Positions 1 to 9,525 of a stretch of DNA of 64,000 nucleotides are shown here, piece by piece. The position numbers were made by a program, and so were the translations under genes. The stretch's first letter is position 1. Each line of letters opens with the position of its first letter. Location of the stretch: the NCBI GenBank assembly GCA_047967505.1, contig CM106538.1. The stretch is one strand, 5' to 3'. The notes beneath the pieces are model-generated. The model was not told where the DNA came from, searched no databases, and worked only from the letters and a program-made list of their open reading frames with translations. The DNA comes from Dipteris shenzhenensis. Its lineage: Eukaryota.

Positions 1-1
1 G

Positions 2-1036
2 GGAAGCCTGCTGGAGTCGCTGAATGGAGGCGAGGTCCCTCCGAAGAGCTCTCTCTCTGCCCCACCAATCCTGTCGAACCTGTAAAGCTGCGAGCTGGCA
101 GATCTGGCTAGACTCCTGCAGAGCCTGTGCGACTGAGTCTACCAGATCCACGCCCTCCCCCCAATCTCTGTCCCAAAGACTGCATATGCTGCTGCGCACG
201 TCCACCCTCGAGAAGATGGAGTCGGGAATCCTGCATGATCGGGAGGGGAGGGTCTGGGCTGCCGAATCTAAGGAAAGGAGCACAGGCGCATGATCGGAGA
301 GTGTCGTCCCTGGAACTATACCCGCCTGGCCGCCTCTGCTGATGGCCCAGTCACTGACATAAAATCTATCAAGCCTCTCCAGGAGTCTGCCTCCTTCCCT
401 GCGGAAGCCCCAAGAGAAGTCCAGGCTCCCGTGCCAACGCCGGAAGGACGGGTCTCTCCAACTGTCCCTCCCTCCCGTCTCGAAGATGAAAGAGTCCCAA
501 GCTGACTGCTCTGCCTGGGCCATACCTGTGAACTCCGGGCCTCTGCCCTGCTGGTCCTCCAGGGTCTCCAGGTTGTTGAAGTCTCCTCCAACAATCCAGG
601 AATCCATGTCTGGAAGAATCCCTGTAAGTGTCCTCCAGAAGGTGGCTCTGCAACGGAGGTCTGTGGGGGCATAAATGTTGAGGATGCCTATTTTGGATCC
701 CTCCAAGTCCAGGCCTACCCAAAGGGCTCGGCCAGGAATCAACGTGCCGTGACCAAAAACTCCCTGGGCTAACTGCTCGCACACGGAAGTACAGACACCC
801 CCACTCCTCCCCTGAGCGCCGATCGAGGGCTCCCAATAAGTGTAGGACCGTCCAGGGAGAATCTTCCCGCAGCTACGGGAATGAGCCACAGAAAGCTTGT
901 GCTCCTGGAGCAGAAGTACATCCAAACGACCAATCACTGCAGGCTGAAGTTCCTGCCGCAAAATGAGCTTCCTGGGACCACGGGTGCCAGAGGAGTGAAA
1001 CCCGTTCACATTCCAGGATACGAGGTGTAAGCTCAT
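2..1036 (-). CDS. L1 ORF2 N-terminus, AP-like endonuclease domain (partial, no stop in window)
   Basis: Hand translation from ATG 1036: MSLHLVSWNVNG...LLLQEHK...ILNIYAPTD...WIVGGDFNN...ERLDRFYVSDW...LSDHAPV; open to position 2. Missing from the ORF track because it runs off the window. Confidence 0.95.
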   Translation of the reverse strand, partial: MSLHLVSWNVNGFHSSGTRGPRKLILRQELQPAVIGRLDVLLLQEHKLSVAHSRSCGKILPGRSYTYWEPSIGAQGRSGGVCTSVCEQLAQGVFGHGTLIPGRALWVGLDLEGSKIGILNIYAPTDLRCRATFWRTLTGILPDMDSWIVGGDFNNLETLEDQQGRGPEFTGMAQAEQSAWDSFIFETGGRDSWRDPSFRRWHGSLDFSWGFRREGGRLLERLDRFYVSDWAISRGGQAGIVPGTTLSDHAPVLLSLDSAAQTLPSRSCRIPDSIFSRVDVRSSICSLWDRDWGEGVDLVDSVAQALQESSQICQLAALQVRQDWWGRERALRRDLASIQRLQQAS

Positions 1037-1836
1037 GGAGAGGGAAGGGGGGCTGCGAACAACTGTCTGCTCGCGGTCGAAGTCGAAGAAGAACCAGACG
1101 TATCGGAATGGAGGCGCTGCCGCTTATGAGAAGGTTTGGAGGGGGAGACGGGGTCGTCCTGCCCGTTCTTCAACACCTTCAGCAAAGGCGAGAGGCCTTT
1201 GGTGCCATGAGCAAATGCTTTCTCGAGCCAGCTCGAGATCTCTGAAGAGGTCATCCCGTAGAAGGTTCGGAGTTTCTGCTGGGACCAAGCTCTGACATCC
1301 TGGGGGAGAGGCCATGACAGGGGAGGTCGGAGGATCACTATCAGTCGGAAGCGTTTGGCGGCGCAACGCCACCGCAAGCGCACGTCGCCCTCGGACCACT
1401 GAGTCTCGAGGAGCTGCCCACCGGACGGGCCTATCCAGGAACACACCTGGGCGTGCGTCTGCTCTCTGAGAGCCTCCCAAACCGAGTCGTCTGTCCAGGT
1501 CTCGGTGCCATCACTGAGGAACGTGAAAGCGAAGCTAGGGCCATCCCTGGGAGCCAAGGCACCAATCCTCCCATCCGCCCCTTTGCGGAGCAGGAAAATA
1601 CTGATGTCGAGACAAGCCGGGAAGGTCCCAAGGTCGGCCACATCCAGGTAGTCCCAGGGGCCAGATCTGTAGAAGTCTCGTGGAAGCTCTCTCTCATGGA
1701 GCTGAGACCCAACTGAGTCTACCACTGAGGGGCTAGCGGGAAGGGAAGCCTGCTCCACTGGTGGTGTAGACTCCGGGTGTCCTGCCAGCGAGGGGGGAGG
1801 GGGAGGAGGCTGAGGGATAGGCAGCTCTGACTCCAC
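1033..1836 (-). CDS. Probable C-terminal part of L1 ORF1 (frameshifted at a G/C homopolymer) or a separate middle ORF; unknown globular domain
   Basis: 267-aa open frame that stays open upstream into the Pro/Ala linker (LVPLASPSELAAPPASQP...); its stop TGA (1035-1033) overlaps the ORF2 ATG (1036-1034). Confidence 0.7.
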   Translation of the reverse strand: MESELPIPQPPPPPPSLAGHPESTPPVEQASLPASPSVVDSVGSQLHERELPRDFYRSGPWDYLDVADLGTFPACLDISIFLLRKGADGRIGALAPRDGPSFAFTFLSDGTETWTDDSVWEALREQTHAQVCSWIGPSGGQLLETQWSEGDVRLRWRCAAKRFRLIVILRPPLSWPLPQDVRAWSQQKLRTFYGMTSSEISSWLEKAFAHGTKGLSPLLKVLKNGQDDPVSPSKPSHKRQRLHSDTSGSSSTSTASRQLFAAPLPSP

Positions 1837-1907
1837 GGAGGCGACTGGCGGAGGAGGTGGAGGAGGTGGAGCGGGGGCTGCACACGGCTGGGAAGCCGGT
1901 GGTGCAG

Positions 1908-3896
1908 CTAACTCTGAGGGAGAGGCGAGGGGGACCAGGGGGGGGGGGGATGGGGGTGCAGCTGGAGCTGGGGCTGAGAGGGAGGAAGAGAAGACTGAGG
2001 AAGAGGAGGCGGGGGCTGAAACTGCGGGTCGGGCGACGGGGGGGGGGGGGGGGGAGACTGGGGAGGGGGCTGGGGCGGGGAGGAAAGGGGCGGGGGAACG
2101 GGAGAGAGGGGGAACTGAGGCTGTGGAGGGCGGGCTGCCGTCGAAGAAGAAGCTCTCCCAGACCCCTGGGGCGGCTGCCTGACAGGTCTCTGGGGTGCTG
2201 CTGCAGGAAGGGTGACCTCTGCCTCCTTGCCTTTATCCGAAGTCTTCTTGTTCTTTCCCCTTTTCCTTTTAACCTCGGTCCAACCGCCCACTACCTCTGG
2301 ACCCGACTCCTGCTGTCTCGGCTCCTCCTGACGTGGCTGTCCAGGGGGTGGGGGTGGGGGCGGAGGGGTCGGGGGCGGGGGAGGTCGAGACGAGCTGGCG
2401 AAACGTGGACAAGCAACCGCCAAGTGCCCAAAGCCGTGGCACCGCAGGCACTGACCTGGCTGTCCGGTGACTATCATGCTCTGGGTGATACTGCCGGCAC
2501 CTGTCACAATCTCGATCACAGCAGGGAGAGTCGCAGGATCCGCCACCGCCACTCGGACTCGGGGGGCTCCTGCCGTGGTCACCGCGTCGGCAAAGGTGTC
2601 GTGCATAACCCAGCCAAAATGGGAGCCCAAGTCCCTGACAATCGGGCGCAACTCTGCAGCAAGCCCTGGAAAAACAAGTGTCACTGGGTGTCGAGGTATG
2701 CGGAACCGAGCATCGAACTCCGCTGCGCTGAATCCACGGTACCACGGGACTATCATGATAATCTTCCCATCCACCGAGGTGGGGGAACTGGCAATCAGGT
2801 TGCTCGCAGCTTTCTCAGTGGAGAGTTTGAGCCAGAAGATGCCCCTTCCCATAAGGGCCACCTCCTCAATATGGCCATCCTCTAGCAGGAGAGTGGACTG
2901 GAGCCAGTCCCTGATGGCTAACCTGGAGGGGGAGTGACCAATGACTCTACCGTAAACAGAGGTACGCGCAAAGTCAATGGCAACCTCCTGAACACGAGAT
3001 GACTGTCGCTCTGTCAGGATAACGCGGTAGGCATCTGGAGAGGGAGGGTCCGACTGGGCCTCCGGATCCGGGCAGGGGGCCGCCAGACCGCCAAGACTAA
3101 CTGCAAGCTTCCGATGGGGAGTATGAACAGGCTGCCACCCCAAAAAGGGGGGACGAAGCGGGAGGTGGAGCCTGGGGGTGAGGCGGGCGAGGCGGGGTGA
3201 GGGGGCGGGGGGGGTTGGAGCGGAGGGCGGGGTGAAGGGATCGGGGTGCGGGGAAAAACGGGGGGGCGCGGGAGGGCGGGGGGGGGTGGCGGGGGCGGAG
3301 AGGTAAAGCGGGGGGCGGGGAGAGCGGAATGGAGGCGGGGGGGCGGGTGAGGTGAGAGGGGACGGCGGGTGAGGCAGAGCGGGGGAGGGAGGGGGTGAGG
3401 CGAAGCGAGGGGGGGGGAGGGGTGAAGCGAGGTGGGGCGGAGGGGGGCGGAGTGGATGAGAGCGGAGGGGGGGTGAGAGGGCGGCTGAGACGAGGGGAAG
3501 GGGGGGGTGGAGGCGTAAGGAGGGGGCGGCGAGGGTGAGGTGAGAAGGAGCGGGGGAGAAGGGGGGAGTAGAGGCGAAGGGAGGGGGCGGCGGGGGTGAG
3601 GGGAGATGGAGCGGCGCGGCGGGGCGGGGCGGGAGAACAGTGAGGGGGGCGGGTTGGAGCGGAGCGGCGGGCGAGAGAGAACAGCGAAGGGGGGGGGCGA
3701 GAGCGAGGCGAGGCGAGGGGAGGGGCGCAGCGAGGTGGCCGGCGGGTGAGGGGGAGGGGGGGCGGGGGGCGAGGGCGGAGGGGGAGGGAAGGGAGCGGAG
3801 GTGGTCGCGGCGGGGGGAGGAGCTAAGGGGAGGTAGAGCGAGCGGCGGTAGGGAGGGGAAGCTCACAGGAGCACATTTATTCCTGCCCAATGGCAA
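1908..3896 (-). CDS. L1 ORF1 (DUF4283/RRM-like region + zinc knuckle + Pro-rich linker); the N-terminal Pro-rich part may be 5' UTR
   Basis: SVYGRVIG...MGRGIFWLKL...IMIVPW...HPVTLVFPGL resembles plant L1 ORF1; knuckle CLRCHGFGHLAVAC (CX2CX4HX4C). Track start is a non-ATG codon, true start uncertain. Confidence 0.85.
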   Translation of the reverse strand: MPLGRNKCAPVSFPSLPPLALPPLSSSPRRDHLRSLPSPSALAPRPPSPSPAGHLAAPLPSPRLALAPPLRCSLSPAAPLQPAPLTVLPPRPAAPLHLPSPPPPPPFASTPPFSPAPSHLTLAAPSLRLHPPLPLVSAALSPPLRSHPLRPPPPHLASPLPPPRFASPPPSPALPHPPSPLTSPAPPPPFRSPRPPLYLSAPATPPRPPAPPRFSPHPDPFTPPSAPTPPAPSPRLARLTPRLHLPLRPPFLGWQPVHTPHRKLAVSLGGLAAPCPDPEAQSDPPSPDAYRVILTERQSSRVQEVAIDFARTSVYGRVIGHSPSRLAIRDWLQSTLLLEDGHIEEVALMGRGIFWLKLSTEKAASNLIASSPTSVDGKIIMIVPWYRGFSAAEFDARFRIPRHPVTLVFPGLAAELRPIVRDLGSHFGWVMHDTFADAVTTAGAPRVRVAVADPATLPAVIEIVTGAGSITQSMIVTGQPGQCLRCHGFGHLAVACPRFASSSRPPPPPTPPPPPPPPGQPRQEEPRQQESGPEVVGGWTEVKRKRGKNKKTSDKGKEAEVTLPAAAPQRPVRQPPQGSGRASSSTAARPPQPQFPLSPVPPPLSSPPQPPPQSPPPPPPSPDPQFQPPPPLPQSSLPPSQPQLQLHPHPPPPWSPSPLPQS

Positions 3897-4826
3897 TCCT
3901 CAGTGCATGTGAGACTCCTTTGTCCTCGAGATACTGCCATGCTCGGATTGATAGATTCTATGTGGATGACTGGGCTCTTGATAGAGGGGGGACAGTTTGC
4001 ATTGCACTTGGTGTCTCCACCTCCGATCATTTTCCGATAGTTTTGTCTATCTCAGAGCCCCATCTGAGAGGACGGTCTCACAGCATCAGGATCCCCGATG
4101 CCTTATACACAGATGAGACTCTCACAGAGGCAGTCTTGGAGATTTGGGTTTCTCACTTGCAGGGGGTGGCCGGTCCCTCACATGTGGCCACAGCACTTGC
4201 CAGACTGCAGTCAGGTGAGGACTGTTTGGAAAGGGGTTGCTCGGATACTCAGCATTTTTCCTACTTCTCCTTTCTTCATGACTTGGGGCTCGGTCACATG
4301 GTTATCCCTTACTGGGCCCCAGGTGTTTTATGAGGGTGAGCCTTCTTCTTGGGCGCTCTCGGTCCGCGGGCAGGTGATAGAGCCCTGCTCTCTTCAGGAT
4401 GTACCACTTACTCCCTTTAGAGCTTCCTATGCTTCAGTGGACACCTCTTGGGAGATTTTGGCTAGCATTTCCTCTTGGCACATTTGGAGAGCCAAATGTA
4501 CAAAGGCATTGGATGGCACGCAGATACACCCATCACAGGTGTTCATGGGTATTTGGACTGACATGGTTCACACGTTGATAGCCACTTGGGTTAGCATGTA
4601 GGGCCCGTGAGCCTCTTCTAGGAGGACTGTTTTTCTTCGAGTTTGGAGGGATTCTCCCTTTTTCTTGGAGGGTTCTAGTGGATTGAGATAGCACTATCAG
4701 CCACAATCCTTTCTTTTTGGCTCTTGAGCTTTTCATGCATTGCATGGTGTATCCGTATGGAGCTTGCTCTAACGGTTTTCTTTAATACTTAATAGAAGTC
4801 TCTTTTTGCAAAAAAAAGAAAAGAAG
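3865..4826 (+). mobile_element. Degenerate, internally deleted L1 related to the adjacent young LINE
   Basis: ARIDRFYVDDWALDRGG...SDHFPIVLS...IRIPD parallels ERLDRFYVSDWAISRGG...SDHAPVLLS...CRIPD of the young copy. It then jumps to the ORF2 C-terminus (HLPDCSQVRTVW...WHIWRAKC) and ends in an A-rich tail at ~4810-4826. Confidence 0.85.
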
Positions 4827-4829
4827 TAG

Positions 4830-6440
4830 AGACAATGCTGATCCCGTAGCTTGCCCCATGCTCTGCACATCTCTGTCTTCTTCTCATCATGCTCACCTCC
4901 AATAATGTCAGGTATATGGCCAGCACTTGGCTTGGGCTTCTTGCCTCTGGGGTCCTCTCTATTGCCTTGATTAGTGTCAGCCTGAGTTGCTGCAGGTTCT
5001 TTCCTCTTCTTGTTAGGACAATTTGCTGCCCTATGACCCGTCTCTTTGCAAAGAAAACACCTCCCTTCAGTAAACAACTTGTTCCTCTCCTTAGGAGTGA
5101 GAGAAGAGGGTTGTTGTTTTCTCCTTTGTCCTACCACAAACTTTGATTTAAGAGGGACTTTTCCAGCTTGCTGTGGTTTCTTTGGCTCCTCCTTGAAGTT
5201 GCTCTTGAAACTTGAGACTCTGCCCTACATGAGTGAGTAAGCTGTGTTGGCATTCTCTATCAACTGTGACATGCTAGAAATATGTCTTGGTGCAATAGTC
5301 CCTCAACTCTTTGGGAAGACCACAACAATACTTTTCAGCTTGCTCTGAAATAGGGACTGTTCTGTAGAGCTCACAGGTAGAAGCACATCCCAAAACTTCT
5401 TGTTGTAATCCTCAAGATTCCTGCATTCCCTGAGTCATGACATCCACTTCAAAAGTAGTGGTGAGCCATGCGGTTGAGAATGCCTTTTTGAATTCAACTC
5501 ATGTAGCAGGTGTTTGGCCCTAAAGGAGAAGGTTAGACCACCACTGCATGGCATTTCCCTTGAGGAATGTGGCTGCCTTCCTAATTTTCGAAGACTCTCT
5601 GAAGTACCCTCCATCAAAAGCCAAATCAAATTGCTGCAAGAAGTAAGAGCCTTCATTCTATCTGCATGACCATTAAAGGTCTCAAACTTCAATGCTGCCC
5701 CCCCTTCCTTGTAATCCTTCATGAAGAACACCCCCCACAGTTGGGTTTGCAGGCATAGGTGGCACTAGCTGAGTGTGTGACATGATAGGGTTGCCTCCTT
5801 GCAATCCAGGCTGTATCCCCACATTAGCATACAAAGAATTTGGGGCTGGCTGTGAGGTCATGGCCTGAAAAATGGAACCTCCTCCAAAGTGTGTAGGCTG
5901 AACCACATATTGTGGTTGGGCTTGCTGCCCTTGCTGCACATTCTGAGCATTGCTACCATGCTCATTCCCATTTGGTCCCTGCCTCTGTGGCACTGCAAGT
6001 GGCTGTACCACTGGTGTAGGTGGCTCTGATAGTGGCTGTACCATTGGTGTCGGTGGCTCTGGTAGTGGCTGTCCCACATGCATCTATGGACCTTGAATGG
6101 GTTGTGCCTCTGCCCTTGGCATCAAAGCTGGATTATGCACAATCTCAACAAAGCTCTAAGTGAGCTGAGTCAAAACTTGCAACACAGAAGCCATCTGTGT
6201 TTGCATTATTGCCATAGCATTTGCCTGCACACTTGGGTCAACACCCAATGCAACTGTACCCACAGGATTTTGCATTTGTGGAGCTGGCTGCCCCAATGCA
6301 TCAGCTTGAACATTCTGCCCTTCATGGGCTACATTCTGCACTCTTATTCCGGGGTGTGCTCCCTTATTTGTGGCTCTTGGTCAGACTCTGAGTGTGCATC
6401 ATATCCAAGCCTGATATTATCCATATCCAAAAGCAATGGA
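4830..6440 (-). pseudogene. Gypsy gag, frameshifted, with a 33-bp tandem repeat (VQPLxEPPTP) at ~5999-6078
   Basis: ORFs 6156-6341, 5682-6083, 5435-5731 and 4769-5137 are collinear fragments ending in a CCHC knuckle. Confidence 0.75.
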
Positions 6441-6515
6441 TGGCTGTACCAAAATCAGCAAAGGCTTTCTCTATCCAAGCTTCCCAGGGACTCCTCTGGA
6501 TGATTTGGTGAGGAT

Positions 6516-6531
6516 CCCGGCAATGGAACCA
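6516..6531 (-). promoter_or_regulatory. Primer binding site, probably tRNA-Glu
   Basis: Minus strand TGGTTCCATTGCCGGG, 1 nt from the LTR end; complement CCCGGCAATGGAACCA fits the plant tRNA-Glu(UUC) 3' end as I recall it. Confidence 0.75.
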
Positions 6532-6532
6532 C

Positions 6533-7902
6533 TGTAACCAGCCTTAGAACACTAAGAGCAGTGTATCTGTCTCTACTATCTCACAATGATGAAAATACAA
6601 CCAACTTAATTGATTGCCTTTGTTCACAAACCAAACTCAAAGCATAGAATTTCATTGCACGGCATCATGGAACCATTCAAGACAAGGGAGGCTACAATGC
6701 CCCTATTCAGAAACATAGAGAGTGACACCTGTTGGCCCCAACACTTGGCGCCCCTTGCAGTATTTATTTAAATTGGTTAGCTCAAAGATATAAAGGGACT
6801 CCCTTCATGAGCTCACCCGCAAGTGCAACCCAGCACAACGCCAACCCGTGGTTGTGCTAGTGACCAACTCCTAGTGCTATTACCTTGGTTCCTTTCAGTA
6901 GAATGCATAATCACAAGTAGATCAGTCTGACAGCGTACCAAGCAATGCATTACCCATTTCCAAACCATTACCGAGCCCAAGGCCAACCACTGCACCTGCA
7001 GGTAGAGAGTATCACAACCAGTGCCCCAATCCTCTCCCGGGCCAACGGCAGGGCATCCAACCTAGCAGGAACTCAGTAGGAATGGCTGTAGCAAAGAGTG
7101 TAGAAGGAAGATGAGAATTCAACCAACAGAAAGAGCCTGTTTCAGCCCAAAACAGCTCTAGAAGTAGGATGAGAAGCAGACAGCAAACTCTGGTAGGAGA
7201 GAGAGCTGTCTAGGAGTGTCTTCCAACACCAGAAAAGATCAGAGAAAAGTGCATCCAGCAAGCTGTAGCAGATCAGCCAAGAATTCGTCCACTAGAACAG
7301 TGTTTTCAGCCCACAAACAGCTCCGTTTTCAGTGCACCTTGCACGAGGCAAGAGGAGGAAGAGAGGCGCCCATGAATATGGCTTTAGATTCAGAAAAAGA
7401 GAAATTTTGTCGCGAAGAAAGTCAAAAACAGCTTTAAAAGTGGCCTAGAATGAAGGCGTCCAGGTCCGGGAAGCATGCTAGAAAAAGAGGGCACCAAGGG
7501 GAGGAGAATTGTCGCGAAGAAAGCTCAAAAATCGACTTCAGCAAGTAGAGGGAGAGCTGCAGAAATCCGCCATGAAGAGAATGAGGCTGCTCTGGTAGGG
7601 GTGAAGTCTCAAAACAGAAAGGAGAGCCAAGGAAGGGATCCAGGGCCTTCCAGGGGCTTCCAACCAATGACCCTATTTTGAAGGTTCTCTAGGGGGTCAA
7701 TTTTTAAAGGATGGCCCCACTGAACCAAACCAATGACCTTAGAAAATGAAACCACTCTAATAGCAATGAGAGTTGCACTTGTTGCACATAAAATCATAGG
7801 TACCTTTTGGGTATTAACTAAGGCCCCTAGCCTGGTACCCTAGGCCAACTTCAGTGACAGTTAGTTTAGACACTTCACCATGACCACCACGTCCCCGTGA
7901 CA
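6533..7902 (-). repeat. 5' LTR (~1370 bp) of the Gypsy element
   Basis: Begins TGTAAC and ends GTGACA on +; adjacent to the PBS; collinear with 8044-9525. Confidence 0.88.
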
Positions 7903-8043
7903 CTGGGTAGGAGTGCACCATCAGAATCAAATCTTCCATCGGATTGAACAATCTAGTAATTAATTATGAGGTTCCAAATTTGAAGGGATTGGTTCCTTAT
8001 GGGATTCCAGATATGAAGGGATTGAGTTGTCAGAGGATGATGG

Positions 8044-9525
8044 TGTAACTGGCCTTTGATCAACAAAGGGCAATGTAACTGACTCTATTATCTCACAAAT
8101 CTGAAATACAGCCAACTTGAAACATTGCCATTGCCCACAAAGAAAACACAAAGCATGTAACTTCACTGCATAGCATCATTGAACCATTTAAGACAAGGGA
8201 GGCTAGAATGCCCCTACTCAAAAACATGAAGAGTGACACCTGTTGGCCCCAACACTTGGCGCCCCTTGCGGTATTTATTTAATTATTGGTTAGCTCAAAT
8301 ACAAAGGGGCTCCCTTCACGAGCTCACCTGCAGGTGCAACCCAGTACAATGCCAACCCGTGGCTGTGCTAGTGACCAACTCCCAATGCTATTCTCTTGGT
8401 TCCTTTCAATAGTCAAGCATAACATAAGTAGAACAACCTGACAGCATGCCAAGCAATGCATTCACATATATCCAAGCCATTACTGAGCCCAAGGCTAGCC
8501 ACTGCACCCCCAGGAAGAGAGTATCACAACCAGTGCCGGGAATAATCCTCTCCCGGGCCAACGGCAAGGCATCCAACCTTGCAGAATCTCAGTAAGAATG
8601 ACAATAGCATAGAGTAGAAAGAGAAGATAAGAATCCAGCCAACAGAAAGAGCCTGTTTCAGCCCGAAACAACTCCAGAAGTAGGTTGAATAGAAGACAGC
8701 AAATTCTGGTAGGAGGGAGCTGCCTGTGAGGGTCTTCCAGCACCAGAAAAGATCAAGAAAGAGAGGGTTCAACAAGCTGAAATAGATCCGCCATGATTGC
8801 GACCACCAGAATGGTGATTCCAGCCCACCAACACCTCCGTTTTCAGTGCGCCTTGCACCAGGCAGGAGCAGGAAGAGAGGTGTCCAAGAATATGGCTTCA
8901 GAATCAAGAAAGAAAGACTTTTGTTCGAAGAAAGTCGAGAAAAGCTCCAAAAGTGGCCCAGAATGGAGGCGTCGAGGTCCAGGAAGCATGCCAACAGCAA
9001 AGAACACCAAGGGGAGGAGAACTGTCGCAAAGAAAGCTCGAAAAACGACTTCAGCCAGGAAGAGGGAGGCTGCAAAAATCTGCCATCTTCAGAATGAGGC
9101 TGCTCTGGTAGGGGAGAAGACTCAAAACAGCAAGGAAGGGGATGGAAGGGCTCCAAGGGCTTCCAAGGGTGACACCTAGGTGCCACAAGGCAAGCAGAGA
9201 GGCCACACACAGACACATGTACAAAATGAGGCGTGGGATTTTAATGCCCCTAGGGGAGTCAGATGGCACAACATGACCCTAATGCTTGGGAACCAATGAC
9301 CCTAGTTTGTAGGATCTCTAGGGGGTCAATTTTTAAAGAATGACCCCACTGAACCAAACCAATGGCCTTAGAAATTGAAACCACTCTAATAGGAGTTGCA
9401 CTTATTGCACATAAAATCATAGGTACCTTTTCAGCATTAACTAAGGCCCCTAGCGTGGTACCCTAGGCTAAATTCAATGATAGTTAGTTTGGACACTTCA
9501 CCATCACCACCACGTCCCCGTGATA
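8044..9525 (-). mobile_element. Solo LTR (~1480 bp) of the same Gypsy family
   Basis: Collinear with 6533-7902 (TGTAACTGGCC...CACGTCCCCGTGATA); perfect 5-bp TSD GATGG at 8039-8043 and 9526-9530; no PBS. Confidence 0.92.

Larger units (their letters stand above)
1..3862 (-). mobile_element. Young L1-clade LINE, 5' portion (C-rich leader, ORF1, start of ORF2; continues off the left edge)
   Basis: ORF1 with plant L1 RRM-like region and CCHC knuckle, followed by ORF2 with APE endonuclease motifs; high GC with CpGs retained. 5' boundary approximate, set where the G-rich tract ends. Confidence 0.93.
4827..7902 (-). mobile_element. Ty3/Gypsy LTR retrotransposon, 5' half (LTR, PBS, degenerate gag, start of protease), interrupted by the LINEs
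   Basis: LTR 6533-7902 (TG...CA), PBS, gag fragments (LKFETFNG), knuckle CFLCKETGHRAANC, then RAWGKLRDQHCLYF where the LINE tail cuts in. Confidence 0.85.

Noticed and set aside
1857-2885. 342-aa Gly/Arg-rich + strand ORF
   Set aside because: Antisense shadow of the GC-rich L1 ORF1; non-ATG start, no domain.
6745-6756. TGGCGCCC PBS-like motif
   Set aside because: Inside the LTR in both copies, not adjacent to an LTR end.
8524-9216. 230-aa ORF and overlapping ORFs in the solo LTR
   Set aside because: Not preserved as one frame in the sister LTR; no recognisable motif.
6533-9525. A single small LTR element made of two LTRs and a 141-bp interior
   Set aside because: The second LTR has its own TSD and the interior has no PBS or PPT.
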